From Thermoproteus tenax Kra 1 (lineage in GTDB: Archaea > Thermoproteota > Thermoprotei > Thermoproteales > Thermoproteaceae), in NCBI RefSeq assembly GCF_000253055.1, contig NC_016070.1, positions 1-32,000 on the forward strand: 32,000 nt of DNA, in the 5' to 3' direction. The number at the start of each line of letters is the position of its first letter. Position 1 is the stretch's first letter. Under the pieces are notes generated by a model. It worked only from the letters and a program-made list of their open reading frames with translations. It was not told the origin of the DNA and did not search any database. A program made the translations under genes and the position numbers. Below, piece by piece: positions 8,960 to 18,087 of this stretch.

Positions 8960-10069
8960 ATGAACAGAGAGGTCTGGAAGATAGCCCTCTCGGCCTTCTT
9001 CGCCGATCTGGGCTACCAGGGAGCCATCGCGCTTTTGCCCCTCCTGCTCGTAGTAGCCCTCAAGCTTCCCATATATATCTACGGAGTGATAGAGGCGTTA
9101 AACTACGGCGGAGGGGCCCTCATGGGTCTCGTCGGAGGGTACATTGCCGATAGGGCGGGTAGAAAGAGGACGGCCATAGCCGGCAACGCCTTGATATCGC
9201 TCATGTCTTTCACGGCCCTTGCCAACTCGCCGATCCTCTCGCCACTCTTGTTCTTGTCCGGTTGGTGGGCGCGCAACTTCAGAACTCCGGCCAGGAGGGC
9301 AATGCTGGCGGAGGTCACCAACGAGGCCGAAAGGAAGAGAGCCTTCGGCATACTGCACGCGTTAGACATCGGCGGAGGGGTCGGCTCTGTGGCGATAATG
9401 GTCGGCCTTCTGTCGGCAGGCGTTGGGTTCACGACGGCATATTTGATCACTTTGCCCTTCTTTGTTACATCTACTCTGCTCCTCGTGCTAGTTAGAGCAG
9501 GCGAGAGGAGATTTCCCGCAAATAGGCCGAGGCTTCCGAGCATGAAGGTCTCGGCGCTTGCGTTGGCCTCCGCCCTCTTCGGGTTCACCTATTACAGCTT
9601 TGGATTCCCAATACTCTCGATCTTCTTACATACGTCGTCTGACGTCATATCTATAGCGGCATATGGCCTCTATCTGCTAGTGTCGGCTATAACCGGCTTG
9701 ATTGTCGGATCCATTAAGTCGACGGGGTTCAAGACGTTGGCGTTTGCAGGATATCTGCTTGCTTCAGTGGGCAGCTTGTTGTTCGGAATAGGCGGGCGGC
9801 TGCCGGTCTATCTTGTAGCATCGGCGCTGTTGGGGCTCTCGATAGGAGTCGTTGAAACTTTGGAGCCCCACATAGTGGCATCCCTATCGCGGGAGGAGGA
9901 CATGGGCCTCTCTATGGGCATGCTGACCGCCGGAAGAAGCGTCGGCCTCCTCATATCCAATATCGTAATGGGCCTACTCTTCACATTGGGCGAGATATAT
10001 GCATATCTCTACGCGTTCGCGGCCGCCTTAGTGGCCGCAGTGGTGGTATTGGCGATAGTGGCAAAGTAG
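8960..10069 (+). CDS. MFS transporter
   Basis: 12-TM pattern; GLVGGYIADRAGRKRTAIAGNALI canonical MFS loop 2-3 motif. Confidence 0.9.
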   Translation: MNREVWKIALSAFFADLGYQGAIALLPLLLVVALKLPIYIYGVIEALNYGGGALMGLVGGYIADRAGRKRTAIAGNALISLMSFTALANSPILSPLLFLSGWWARNFRTPARRAMLAEVTNEAERKRAFGILHALDIGGGVGSVAIMVGLLSAGVGFTTAYLITLPFFVTSTLLLVLVRAGERRFPANRPRLPSMKVSALALASALFGFTYYSFGFPILSIFLHTSSDVISIAAYGLYLLVSAITGLIVGSIKSTGFKTLAFAGYLLASVGSLLFGIGGRLPVYLVASALLGLSIGVVETLEPHIVASLSREEDMGLSMGMLTAGRSVGLLISNIVMGLLFTLGEIYAYLYAFAAALVAAVVVLAIVAK

Positions 10070-10390
10070 TTAGACCAGCTGGAGCTCTATTTTAACGGTA
10101 TCGGGAACTTTTATGGTCATGAGCCTGCGTATCACTTTGTCGTTTGCCTCAACGTCGATAAGCCTCTTGTGTATCCTCAGCTCCCAGTGCTCAAAGGTGT
10201 GGTAGCCCTCGCCGGATGGGGCCCTCCTCGTGGTCACCATGAGCCTCTTAGTGGGCAGAGGGATGGGGCCGCTCACTTTAACTCCCATCTTCTTCGCTAT
10301 ATCCACGATCTCCTTTGCCACGTTCTCCAGGTCTGTATAGTTAGTGCCGTAGAGCCTTATCCTCACCATCCTTTTAGCCACCATGCCCAT
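10070..10390 (-). CDS. rps10: 30S ribosomal protein S10
   Basis: VRIRLYGTNYTDLENVAKEIVDIAKKMGVKVSGPIPLPTKRLMVTTRRAPSGEGYHTFEHWELRIHKRLIDV. Confidence 0.97.
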   Translation of the reverse strand: MGMVAKRMVRIRLYGTNYTDLENVAKEIVDIAKKMGVKVSGPIPLPTKRLMVTTRRAPSGEGYHTFEHWELRIHKRLIDVEANDKVIRRLMTIKVPDTVKIELQLV

Positions 10391-10464
10391 CGCCGCAAGA
10401 TGGTGGTGTGTTTATAAATATTTACGGCGGCGGATATCTCAATTACGCCACACACTCCATTTTA

Positions 10465-10800
10465 TGACGTAAGTCTCCTCTGGAGAGCTCGGGGCGCGTC
10501 CGGAGCTAAGGCCTAGGCACGGGGCTATCCGTGCCCGTGCCTTTTGGGGGCGCGATGGACTGCGCAGTCGGCCGATCTCAAAGCCAGTTAGCCTACCTAA
10601 CTACCATAACCCCTCCTTACCTTGAAAGGCGAGGCTTTAGGTCGCAAGAGGGTGGGCGCACCTCACTTGTAGGCGAGATCCTTGACGGGCTGGGGGTGCT
10701 GAACATCGGCCTTGACGGCGGGAGACGCTCGCGTACGCTCACTCCGCCCGCACTAACTCGGTGGAGCGCCGCTTGTTCTCTAGAGTGAGGTCTCCTCATA
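10465..10800. ncRNA. Unassigned structured RNA candidate between S10 and EF-1alpha genes
   Basis: No convincing ORF; stems AGGCACGGG/CCCGTGCCT, AGTTAG/CTAACT, GGCCGAT (10570s)/ATCGGCC (10704s), AAAGCC/GGCTTT, GATCTC/GAGATC; strand unresolved. Confidence 0.35.
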
Positions 10801-10905
10801 TAGCGAATATGGCTCGGGCCATCTACAGGTCTCTATGCGGTCGTTCTCTCTTAAGAAAACTTAGATTTGAGCTATACGGGCGTGTAGAGAGAGCCCCGAA
10901 AGGAT

Positions 10906-12240
10906 TTACTTTATCTCAACCTTTGCAGGCTTTATCTCGACTATCTGACCCGCTGCAATAGTGCGGCCCATGTCGCGGAGGGCGAAGCGGCCTAGGGCGG
11001 GGAATTCGCTGAATTTCTCCACAACTACCGGCTTGAGAGGCTTCAGCTTGACCATGGCCACGTCGCCTTGTTTGATGAACTGAGGCTTTTGCTCAATGGT
11101 CTGGCCAGTGCGCGGGTCCAGCTTGGAGATGAGCTCGGTGATCTGGACGGGCACAGTCGCCGTGTGGACGTGCATGACTGGGGCATATCCAGGTCCTATA
11201 GCGGTCGGGTGCCACAGAATTATGACGCGGGCAACTATCTCCTCAGCTACGGTCGGCGGGTTGTCGACCTTCCCTAACACATCGCCGCGTTTCACATCGT
11301 CCTTCTCGATGCCGCGCAGATTGACGCCTATATTGTCGCCGGGCTTGGCCTCGTCTAACTTCATGTGGTGAGTCTCGAGAGAGCGCACATCGCCGACCTT
11401 AGCAGGCGGCATAACGATCACCTTGTCGCCCGGCTTTATTACCCCGGTCTCGACTCTGCCCACCACTACTGTGCCGGCGCCCGTAATCGAGAACACATCT
11501 TGAATGGGCAGCCTCAGAGGCTTCTCGACAGGCCTCTGCGGAGGCTCTAGACTGTCGAAAGCCTCCAGAAGCGTCGGGCCGTTATACCACGGCATGTTTG
11601 AAGACTTGCTCTTTATATTGTCGCCCTTGACAGCGCTCACGGGTATTATCGGCACCTTGTTGGGGTCGTAGCCCAACAACTTCAACATCTTCACTAGCTC
11701 GGCCTTGATCTGTTCATATCTCTTCTGGTCGTAATTGACGACGTCCATCTTGTTCACAGCGATGATGAGCTGATTTACTCCCATTGTCTTCGCCAGGAAC
11801 AAGTGCTCGCGCCCCTGACCCTGGGGCCCTATCGCTGTTTCAAACTCGCCAGGTCTGGCGGATATTACCAACATGGCTGCGTCGGCCTGGCTGGTTCCGA
11901 CGATCATATTCTTGATGAAGTCGCGGTGGCCCGGCAGATCGATTATGGTCAAGAAGTACTTATTGGTCTCAAAGCCCACGTGTGTGGCCTCGATCGTCAC
12001 TCCCCTCTCGCGCTCCTCCTTGAATCGGTCGAGGATCCATGCGAAGGCGAAGTCCTCCTTGCCCATCTTCTTGGCCATCTCTTCAATCTCCTTGAAGCCC
12101 TTCTCGTCTACATAGCCTGTCTCGTAGAGCAAGCGTCCTGTGAGCGTCGACTTGCCGTTATCCACGTGTCCTATCACTGCCAAGTTCAAGTGTGGCTTCT
12201 GTAGCGCTGAAGGCTTCGGGTTTAGTATTATGGACGGCAT
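10906..12240 (-). CDS. tuf: Translation elongation factor EF-1 alpha
   Basis: [45 protein letters not shown] GTPase motifs; 444 aa. Confidence 0.98.
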   Translation of the reverse strand: MPSIILNPKPSALQKPHLNLAVIGHVDNGKSTLTGRLLYETGYVDEKGFKEIEEMAKKMGKEDFAFAWILDRFKEERERGVTIEATHVGFETNKYFLTIIDLPGHRDFIKNMIVGTSQADAAMLVISARPGEFETAIGPQGQGREHLFLAKTMGVNQLIIAVNKMDVVNYDQKRYEQIKAELVKMLKLLGYDPNKVPIIPVSAVKGDNIKSKSSNMPWYNGPTLLEAFDSLEPPQRPVEKPLRLPIQDVFSITGAGTVVVGRVETGVIKPGDKVIVMPPAKVGDVRSLETHHMKLDEAKPGDNIGVNLRGIEKDDVKRGDVLGKVDNPPTVAEEIVARVIILWHPTAIGPGYAPVMHVHTATVPVQITELISKLDPRTGQTIEQKPQFIKQGDVAMVKLKPLKPVVVEKFSEFPALGRFALRDMGRTIAAGQIVEIKPAKVEIK

Positions 12241-12336
12241 GGCGTCATTAAAGAATCAATATTAAAATTTTTAGTACGGCGATCTTTGGCCCAGCGCGCT
12301 TCCATAAAGATAAAAACACGCCACTTTATCAACACA

Positions 12337-12714
12337 ATGAAGGAGGTCGTATACACCAGGGCGGCACCTGAGCCGATAGGTCCCTACAGTCAAGCAGTCA
12401 AGGTGGGCAACATGCTTTTCATCTCGGGCCAGATACCGATAGACCCCAAGACGGGCGGCGTGGTCTCGGGGGGCATAAAGGAGCAGACCCGGCAAGTGTT
12501 GGAGAACATCAGAGCTATACTGGAGGCGGCCGGCTACTCGCTCTCCGATGTGGTAATGGCGTTTGTGTTCCTCTCGGACATGTCCCTCTTCGGACAATTT
12601 AACGAGGTCTACTCCGAGTACTTTAAAGAGAGACCTCCCGCCAGAGTAACCGTTCAGGCCGCGAGATTGCCCAGAGACGTATTGATAGAGATAGCAGTTA
12701 TCGCAGCCAGATGA
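12337..12714 (+). CDS. RidA/YjgF/YER057c family protein
   Basis: [40 protein letters not shown]...[21 protein letters not shown]. Confidence 0.95.
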   Translation: MKEVVYTRAAPEPIGPYSQAVKVGNMLFISGQIPIDPKTGGVVSGGIKEQTRQVLENIRAILEAAGYSLSDVVMAFVFLSDMSLFGQFNEVYSEYFKERPPARVTVQAARLPRDVLIEIAVIAAR

Positions 12715-12717
12715 GGA

Positions 12718-13062
12718 GTGCCTGCAATGCAGAGCGGTGAAGAGGAACCGGGCTCCGACTTTTCGAAGCTCGTGATAGGGCCTCCAAAAGATTCAGTGGA
12801 GCTAGCCAGAAGGATAGGCGGAGTTGCCGTGTCCAACTTCGAGGGGATTCCGCCCGATGTATACCAAGACGTATACGTCGTCCATGCTCCAAGCTTGGAG
12901 CTCTTAGAGCCGTTGCTCAAGGGGGCGCGTTATATATTCTATCTGGGCGGGCCGCTGCCGCCGCCGAGGAGCACGGCGGGGAGGCTCATCGTAGTTACGT
13001 GCAGCAAGAACGAGATATGCGGCGAGGCGGACTGTCTGTGCGGCGGAGCGCTGAGGATTTAG
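12718..13062 (+). CDS. Hypothetical protein with C-terminal Cys cluster
   Basis: 114-aa ORF directly after ridA, C-terminus CSKNEICGEADCLCGGALRI. Confidence 0.5.
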   Translation: MPAMQSGEEEPGSDFSKLVIGPPKDSVELARRIGGVAVSNFEGIPPDVYQDVYVVHAPSLELLEPLLKGARYIFYLGGPLPPPRSTAGRLIVVTCSKNEICGEADCLCGGALRI

Positions 13063-13658
13063 TCTTCACGACTGCGGCCGTAAGAGCTGGGATCGAGGCA
13101 TGTGTGGACCTAATAGATGCAGTGCGCGAGAGGTCGGGGCCCATATATCTGCCCATACCCGTTGAGGTGTGCGAGGGGGAGTTTGTAGACCTGGGGGTGC
13201 TCGGATGGCTTCTAGAGCCCTTGTTAGCTCTCTACCACAGCGGGGGCGAGTGGCTCTGCTACGGCTCCCTGCACGATATAAGGAGGCGCGCTTTCGCCTC
13301 TGCAGAGCTCGCAGCTCTTGCTGTGAAGGCCAAGGTCTTCGGAAAAATAGACTTGAGGGAGTGGGACGCCTTGTTTGTCGCGCCTCTGCCCGAGCCTCCG
13401 AGGCCCTCTCTAGCCATAGGCTATATAGGCAGAGGGACAGTCATATGTGGAGCCCCCACGCCGACTCCCATAGAGCTAGCGGCGAACTTGTGGCCGCGTT
13501 TGGGGGATGAGGATAAAACCGCGCTGGCAAAATATATAACGAAATACATCGACTTGATAGTCTCCAGTGTTAATTTAGACGAAGCGTATCTAAGGCTCAC
13601 GTCGGACCAGAGCTATAGAGAGTTTGCGAACAAGCTCGTTCACCATATGGGAAATTGA
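13038..13658 (+). CDS. Hypothetical protein
   Basis: Long ORF with plausible composition, overlaps the upstream ORF; GTG start near 13038 inferred. Confidence 0.55.
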   Translation: MRRSAEDLVFTTAAVRAGIEACVDLIDAVRERSGPIYLPIPVEVCEGEFVDLGVLGWLLEPLLALYHSGGEWLCYGSLHDIRRRAFASAELAALAVKAKVFGKIDLREWDALFVAPLPEPPRPSLAIGYIGRGTVICGAPTPTPIELAANLWPRLGDEDKTALAKYITKYIDLIVSSVNLDEAYLRLTSDQSYREFANKLVHHMGN

Positions 13659-13724
13659 AAGTACGGCGTAATTCCTCCGTCGTTTCTATGGAATTCGACT
13701 TAAACCCCTGTGTAGACCAAGCCT

Positions 13725-15401
13725 ATGAAGACCAGAATAATACCAATAATAATAATAGGAATACTAGCTCTGGCCGGCCTGGCGGCGGCAGCCCCGACGT
13801 GTCCGCCCGACTTAGCGATAAAGTGGTACGCGCTTATGAGCTATGTGGCGTACGCGTCGGGCCAGAACGCGGCACAGCTGATAGCCCAGGCCCAGGCGGC
13901 TGGCAACGTCACTGTAGTAATATCGGGCACCCCAATAACTATACCCTACTGTTCTACGAACGCCACGGCCGCCAACGGGACTAAGATATTCTTCGTGCCG
14001 GCTGTGGGCGTCGGTGAATTGAAAAAAGCTGGTTTGAATATAACTCAAGCTAAAGAGGTCTTTATAAAGCTCAAGGAGGCAAGGATGCAGGCGTTGGCCA
14101 ATTTGACCAGATATCTGAAGCCCGTGGAGGGACTGGGGCTGAGGGAGGCCGCCGAGGCCGTCCTTAAGGACAAGGGATACGCCGTTGCCGCCGAGGCCAA
14201 CGCAAACGCTTCGGCCTTGCTGAAGGAGCTCGGCCAGATAATGGCCAAGGCCGGCGTAGGCCAAGAAATGGTCCAAGAGGTATTAGCCTCTGCGAGACAG
14301 CATGAGGCGTTGGCGGAGGCGTTGATATCGCTGAAAGCGGCCGGCGGACTCCGCGGGATCAACGCAAGCGCGGCAGCCAATGTCAGCGCAGTAATTGAGT
14401 CGGACTCTGGCTATAACATGACCGCCCAGAACCTCATGGCCGTCGCCTCTAGGCTTAAGGCTCTAGCCGATATTCTACTGACTACAAGCCCCGTAGCATA
14501 TGAGCGTCTGGCCGGGGCGGCCGAAAACCTCAACGAGACTGCCAACATGATTCTGGCTATCAAATCTAGGGGTGGTCTGCGCGGCATAGAAGCCGGCGTT
14601 AACGAGAGCGCAGCCGCCGCGCTCAGCGGCACTCTGGGCATCGACAACGCCATAGCGCGTGTGAACTCCACGTTGTCCACGCTAGAGTCTGTGCTCAGAC
14701 TGCTACGCTCTGTTAACGCGAGCTCGAGGGCCATCATAGCTGTGGAGACCGCGATATCGCGCCACGAGAGGGCGCTGGAGGTGCTCGAGGCTCTGAAGCA
14801 GGCGGGCGGGCTACAGGGCCTGGAGCAGGGAATATACAGCGCCATCGAAGAGGGCTCCATGCCGCAGATCGTTGGATACCTCTGTATCGACCTCAACATA
14901 ACCGAGGCGTTACAGGAGTATGGCGTGAAGGGCAACGCCACGTTGCCCTACGCTATCGCTTGCAACTTGGCGATCCTGTTTAACCCCGGCAAATATGCGG
15001 AAAAGACGGGCAGACCTGTGTATATACCCATGGCAGTATTGGGAACGTTGAGGGAAAGCCTTAAGGCGTATCTTGACGCTCACGGCGGCTTCTCCATGTT
15101 GCAGAATATTGAGGGCTTGGAGATGTTGTGGAAGATATTATTAGAGCTGGAGGCTAAAAATGGGGTTGTCTTGCCCGGCATCGTCGGCGTGAACATTACT
15201 ACCTCCGGCGCCTCTGTAGGAGGCAACGTGACCGTAGGAATTGGCGGCTCCGCCGGGGGCAACGTAACTATAAGTGGCGGCGGCTCCATGGGAGGCTCCG
15301 GCAACATAGGCGGCTCTGGCTCAGGTATTGGAGGCTCAGGCTCTATGGGCGGCAACGCAAGCGGCTCCATGTCCGGCGGCATGGGCGGCGGGATGCCATG
15401 A
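13725..15401 (+). CDS. Large secreted Ala-rich helical protein with Gly/Ser/Met-rich C-terminal tail
   Basis: Signal peptide MKTRIIPIIIIGILALAGLAAAAP; repeated AxxALxxL helical segments; multiple N-x-S/T sites; tail VGGNVTVGIGGSAGGNVTISGGGSMGGSGNIGGSGSG...GGMP. Confidence 0.75.
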   Translation: MKTRIIPIIIIGILALAGLAAAAPTCPPDLAIKWYALMSYVAYASGQNAAQLIAQAQAAGNVTVVISGTPITIPYCSTNATAANGTKIFFVPAVGVGELKKAGLNITQAKEVFIKLKEARMQALANLTRYLKPVEGLGLREAAEAVLKDKGYAVAAEANANASALLKELGQIMAKAGVGQEMVQEVLASARQHEALAEALISLKAAGGLRGINASAAANVSAVIESDSGYNMTAQNLMAVASRLKALADILLTTSPVAYERLAGAAENLNETANMILAIKSRGGLRGIEAGVNESAAAALSGTLGIDNAIARVNSTLSTLESVLRLLRSVNASSRAIIAVETAISRHERALEVLEALKQAGGLQGLEQGIYSAIEEGSMPQIVGYLCIDLNITEALQEYGVKGNATLPYAIACNLAILFNPGKYAEKTGRPVYIPMAVLGTLRESLKAYLDAHGGFSMLQNIEGLEMLWKILLELEAKNGVVLPGIVGVNITTSGASVGGNVTVGIGGSAGGNVTISGGGSMGGSGNIGGSGSGIGGSGSMGGNASGSMSGGMGGGMP

Positions 15402-15988
15402 TAATTCTCAATCTAACAATCCCGCCGCTTTTGATAATTTTACTACACTCCGGCGTCTACGTCGCAAACTTGAGCATGCCGGCGCCTAACGCGTCCTCTA
15501 TAGCCGCGTTCGCCATAAACGGAACGCCAATGCCGGCGCTAGTCGCCGGGGGGCGTCTCTACGTCTTGCAGGACGGCTCAGGCGGCTACGTTGAGTACGT
15601 CCCTCAGTACTCCAACAACAGCGGGCTCTACGTAGTGCAGATAGCCGCGGACGAGCCCATTGTCGTGGTTATACCGCCCGGCATAATGATAGAGAGGGCG
15701 CCCGGAAACTACTCGCTGATCGCGGTGAATAAGTCGGGCACATACATAGCAGTGCCGCCAGGAGCCGGGGCTATATCTTACTACGCAATGGCGATATCAA
15801 CGAGTCCATATATGCCGTCCGCCGCGACGGCCACCTCCACGACCTCTCCGATAGTTCAGTCTATTCCGTCTACGACGACTTCTCCGAGCGCCCCAACTGC
15901 CCAACTGCCCCTCGAGGCCGCTCTGATAGTGGGGGCGTTGGTAGTGGTGGGAATAATAGCGGCCTTGGCAGTCCGGAGGAAGAGATAG
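15398..15988 (+). CDS. Secreted membrane-anchored protein with Ser/Thr/Pro stalk
   Basis: N-terminal hydrophobic segment, STTSPIVQSIPSTTTSPSAPTA stalk, C-terminal TM AALIVGALVVVGIIAALAVRRKR; ATGA overlap with the upstream gene. Confidence 0.75.
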   Translation: MIILNLTIPPLLIILLHSGVYVANLSMPAPNASSIAAFAINGTPMPALVAGGRLYVLQDGSGGYVEYVPQYSNNSGLYVVQIAADEPIVVVIPPGIMIERAPGNYSLIAVNKSGTYIAVPPGAGAISYYAMAISTSPYMPSAATATSTTSPIVQSIPSTTTSPSAPTAQLPLEAALIVGALVVVGIIAALAVRRKR

Positions 15989-16065
15989 CCGTCGATCACT
16001 TCCACTTTTTCTCCTATCGAGTTTCGACAAGAAAATGCTTAAAAACAGAAGCTTAATAGAAGCCG

Positions 16066-16173
16066 GGGCCCGTAGCTTAGCTAGGTAGAGCGCCCTGGGA
16101 CGTTGTCCCGACCCGGCCGTCCCGCGTAGGGCTCATAACCGGGAGGCCCCGGGTTCAAATCCCGGCGGGCCCA
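16066..16173 (+). tRNA. tRNA-Met (CAU), elongator-type, intron-containing
   Basis: Acceptor GGGCCCG/CGGGCCC, D stem GCTT/GAGC, T arm CCGGGTTCAAATCCCGG, anticodon loop CTCATAA; 34 extra nt interrupt the 5' strand of the anticodon stem. Confidence 0.93.
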
Positions 16174-16354
16174 CTGTTTTTCACAATGGATCTCTTCGTT
16201 CTATATCAGTGGCGACAGCCCTGTAACTTCACGTAGGCGCTAACCAAGGCTGCAGCCTCTGAGGCCGTCTGTCTTCGTCCCTTCTCTGAACGGCGTCCCG
16301 CCTTCAGGTCAAGGCCCTCACATAAAACTTTTTACTCCATGTCGCAAGATCCGC

Positions 16355-16777
16355 GTGCTGGGCGCAATAAAATTTAAAGTAGAAAGGCGCATTGACGATC
16401 CAGACGCCGTGTGGAGCCGTCTCTCAGACCTAGAGCAGATGCCCCGCTATTGGGGCGGACATAGAGTGGTCAGAATAGTGGGGCGTAGGTCTGGAATTCT
16501 GCAGCTTGAGATACAGTTCGCTTTCCCCGGCCCCCTCAACAGAGGGAGGGCGGAGGCCGCAGTGGACGAGGCCAACAGAGAGGTCTTAATAAATTATATC
16601 GATGGCCCCTTCACTGGAGTCGTGAAGAACTACGTTAGAGGGGACGTCGTGGCGAGCGAGTGGGACATCCTCTTGAAGCCTCTATTTCTTCCCATGAAGC
16701 CGTGGGTAGTCTCTCACTTCAGGAAGGGCGCCGAGAGCGCCTTAGAGCGTCTGGCTAAGGGCAATGCGCTTCCCTAG
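16355..16777 (+). CDS. SRPBCC/START-like domain protein
   Basis: IKFKVERRIDDPDAVWSRLSDLEQMPRYWGGHRVVRIV resembles polyketide-cyclase/coenzyme Q-binding-like proteins. Confidence 0.55.
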   Translation: MLGAIKFKVERRIDDPDAVWSRLSDLEQMPRYWGGHRVVRIVGRRSGILQLEIQFAFPGPLNRGRAEAAVDEANREVLINYIDGPFTGVVKNYVRGDVVASEWDILLKPLFLPMKPWVVSHFRKGAESALERLAKGNALP

Positions 16778-16790
16778 GCCATCTCTCATA

Positions 16791-17726
16791 TCATGACCAT
16801 ATCGAGGCGTAGAAAGGTATCTCCCTCAATAGAACTCGCTTGACTTTAAGGCCGGCTGCGCTCAGTATATTTTCTACCTCGTTCCTAGAGAAGACATGGT
16901 AGGCGCCCAGCGCTGTGTTTATAGCAAGAAAGCCGGGCATAGTCTCGACGACGGGTTGTCCGACGTAGAATAAGGCCGAGGGCGATGCCTTCTTGAGGCA
17001 CATAAGCTCTCCAACCGGATTGGGGAACCAATGTATCTTATTAAAGAGGAGGACCGAATCTATGGGAAGGTCTCTGAGCTTATCCGCAATATCGCATACT
17101 GAGTGGGCTATGAATATACAAACGCCCTCCGCTCTACACGCGTTCACGACAACGCCCTGTAGAATTGAGACGAGAGGCTCCAGACGCCCTCTGTCTGTCT
17201 CCGTCCCTACATACAGATTTGGCTTGTAGCGGGCGACTATATCCACGGCGTTGTACCCGCCTAGAGTTCTCGGCTCCAATAGGCCTCTTGGCGCAAAGCC
17301 CGAGGCCTCTAGGAATCCGTCGCGCCACAGCTTGTACCACCCCTGTGACTGCATCGAATCGAGGAGCAACTCCAAGGCCTCGCCAGCCGTTCCCTCCAAC
17401 ACCTTGGGAAAAATTGCGTCAAACGCCTCGTGAAGGTTGAGCCACTCTTGGGCATAGGAGCCTCTGGGTCTCTCAGGCGCGTTTATCCTCTTTATGATAT
17501 CTCCCCTCTCGTTTATGTAGCCATGGTGCAACAACGACCTATATAGAGCCTTGGCTACGATAGACTCAGTCCTGCCGGAGGCCCTGGCCTCCGACCACCA
17601 CTTGACTGCATACCATACGCTCCACTTAAGCGCCCTCGTCATGTCCGATATACCTCCGGCCCCGGCGAGATATCCTCTGAACTTCCTCATCATAGATATT
17701 GCGTCAATGAGATTGATCATAGACAT
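16791..17726 (-). CDS. Hypothetical protein, possibly methyltransferase-like C-terminal half
   Basis: 311-aa ORF; ARYKPNLYVGTE...DSVLLFNKIHWFPNP...VFSRNEVENILSAAGLKVKRVLL loosely resembles class I methyltransferase strand order; weak. Confidence 0.5.
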   Translation of the reverse strand: MSMINLIDAISMMRKFRGYLAGAGGISDMTRALKWSVWYAVKWWSEARASGRTESIVAKALYRSLLHHGYINERGDIIKRINAPERPRGSYAQEWLNLHEAFDAIFPKVLEGTAGEALELLLDSMQSQGWYKLWRDGFLEASGFAPRGLLEPRTLGGYNAVDIVARYKPNLYVGTETDRGRLEPLVSILQGVVVNACRAEGVCIFIAHSVCDIADKLRDLPIDSVLLFNKIHWFPNPVGELMCLKKASPSALFYVGQPVVETMPGFLAINTALGAYHVFSRNEVENILSAAGLKVKRVLLREIPFYASIWS

Positions 17727-17911
17727 TTCAAAATGCCGAGTCTCTCTAGCTTAGATAGAAGCAGCTTTGTAGTTTGATCTATACACGGACACCCAAGCGC
17801 CTCCAATACCCTCTCTTGCACGTCGGCTGGCAAGGAGGCGAATTTGTCGAAATCCACTATTTCGCAGTTTGAGAACTCCTTGACGGCGGAGGATTTCTCT
17901 AGGGCTTTCAT
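17717..17911 (-). CDS. Small hypothetical protein
   Basis: 64-aa ORF overlapping the start of the downstream gene by 10 nt on the same strand. Confidence 0.4.
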   Translation of the reverse strand: MKALEKSSAVKEFSNCEIVDFDKFASLPADVQERVLEALGCPCIDQTTKLLLSKLERLGILKCL

Positions 17912-18018
17912 CGAGCTTTGCTGAGAACGAAGCGATATGCATTATTACATTTTATTGTGGAATATAGATGGAGGATCAGAGTGCTTTAGGCCCTTCTGAG
18001 TAGACGTTACAGCAGAAA

Positions 18019-18040
18019 GCCTCGCCCTTTAGGGCGGGGG
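18019..18040 (+). repeat. Isolated IS200/IS605-end-like hairpin (GCCTCGCCCTTTAGGGCGGGGG)
   Basis: Stem CGCCCT/AGGGCG extending to CCTCGCCCT/AGGGCGGGG; resembles the conserved hairpin at tnpB-element ends in archaea; no transposase nearby. Confidence 0.4.
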
Positions 18041-18087
18041 GGCCATAGTGTTAAATACCATTATATAGATGGGCGGCGCTAGAGACA

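Noticed and set aside
10531-10788. Plus-strand ORF of 85 aa (and antisense 10617..10799) between S10 and EF-1alpha
   Set aside because: Arg/Ser-rich low-quality composition on both strands and overlap with predicted RNA stems; more likely chance ORFs in a GC-rich region.
11873-12204. ORFs antisense to EF-1alpha (e.g. 11803..12204, 11873..12115)
   Set aside because: Codon-complement shadows of a highly conserved gene.
14045-15382. Long antisense ORFs within the Ala/Gly-rich secreted protein gene (e.g. 14411..14941, 15080..15382)
   Set aside because: Mirror translations of GC-rich repetitive codons; the sense strand has signal peptide and coherent composition.
16206-16335. Minus-strand coding-like stretch ...CEGLDLKAGRRSEKGRRQTASEAAALVSAYVKLQGCRH*
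   Set aside because: Protein-like composition but no in-frame ATG/GTG/TTG at its beginning and too short; might be a remnant, not supportable as a gene.
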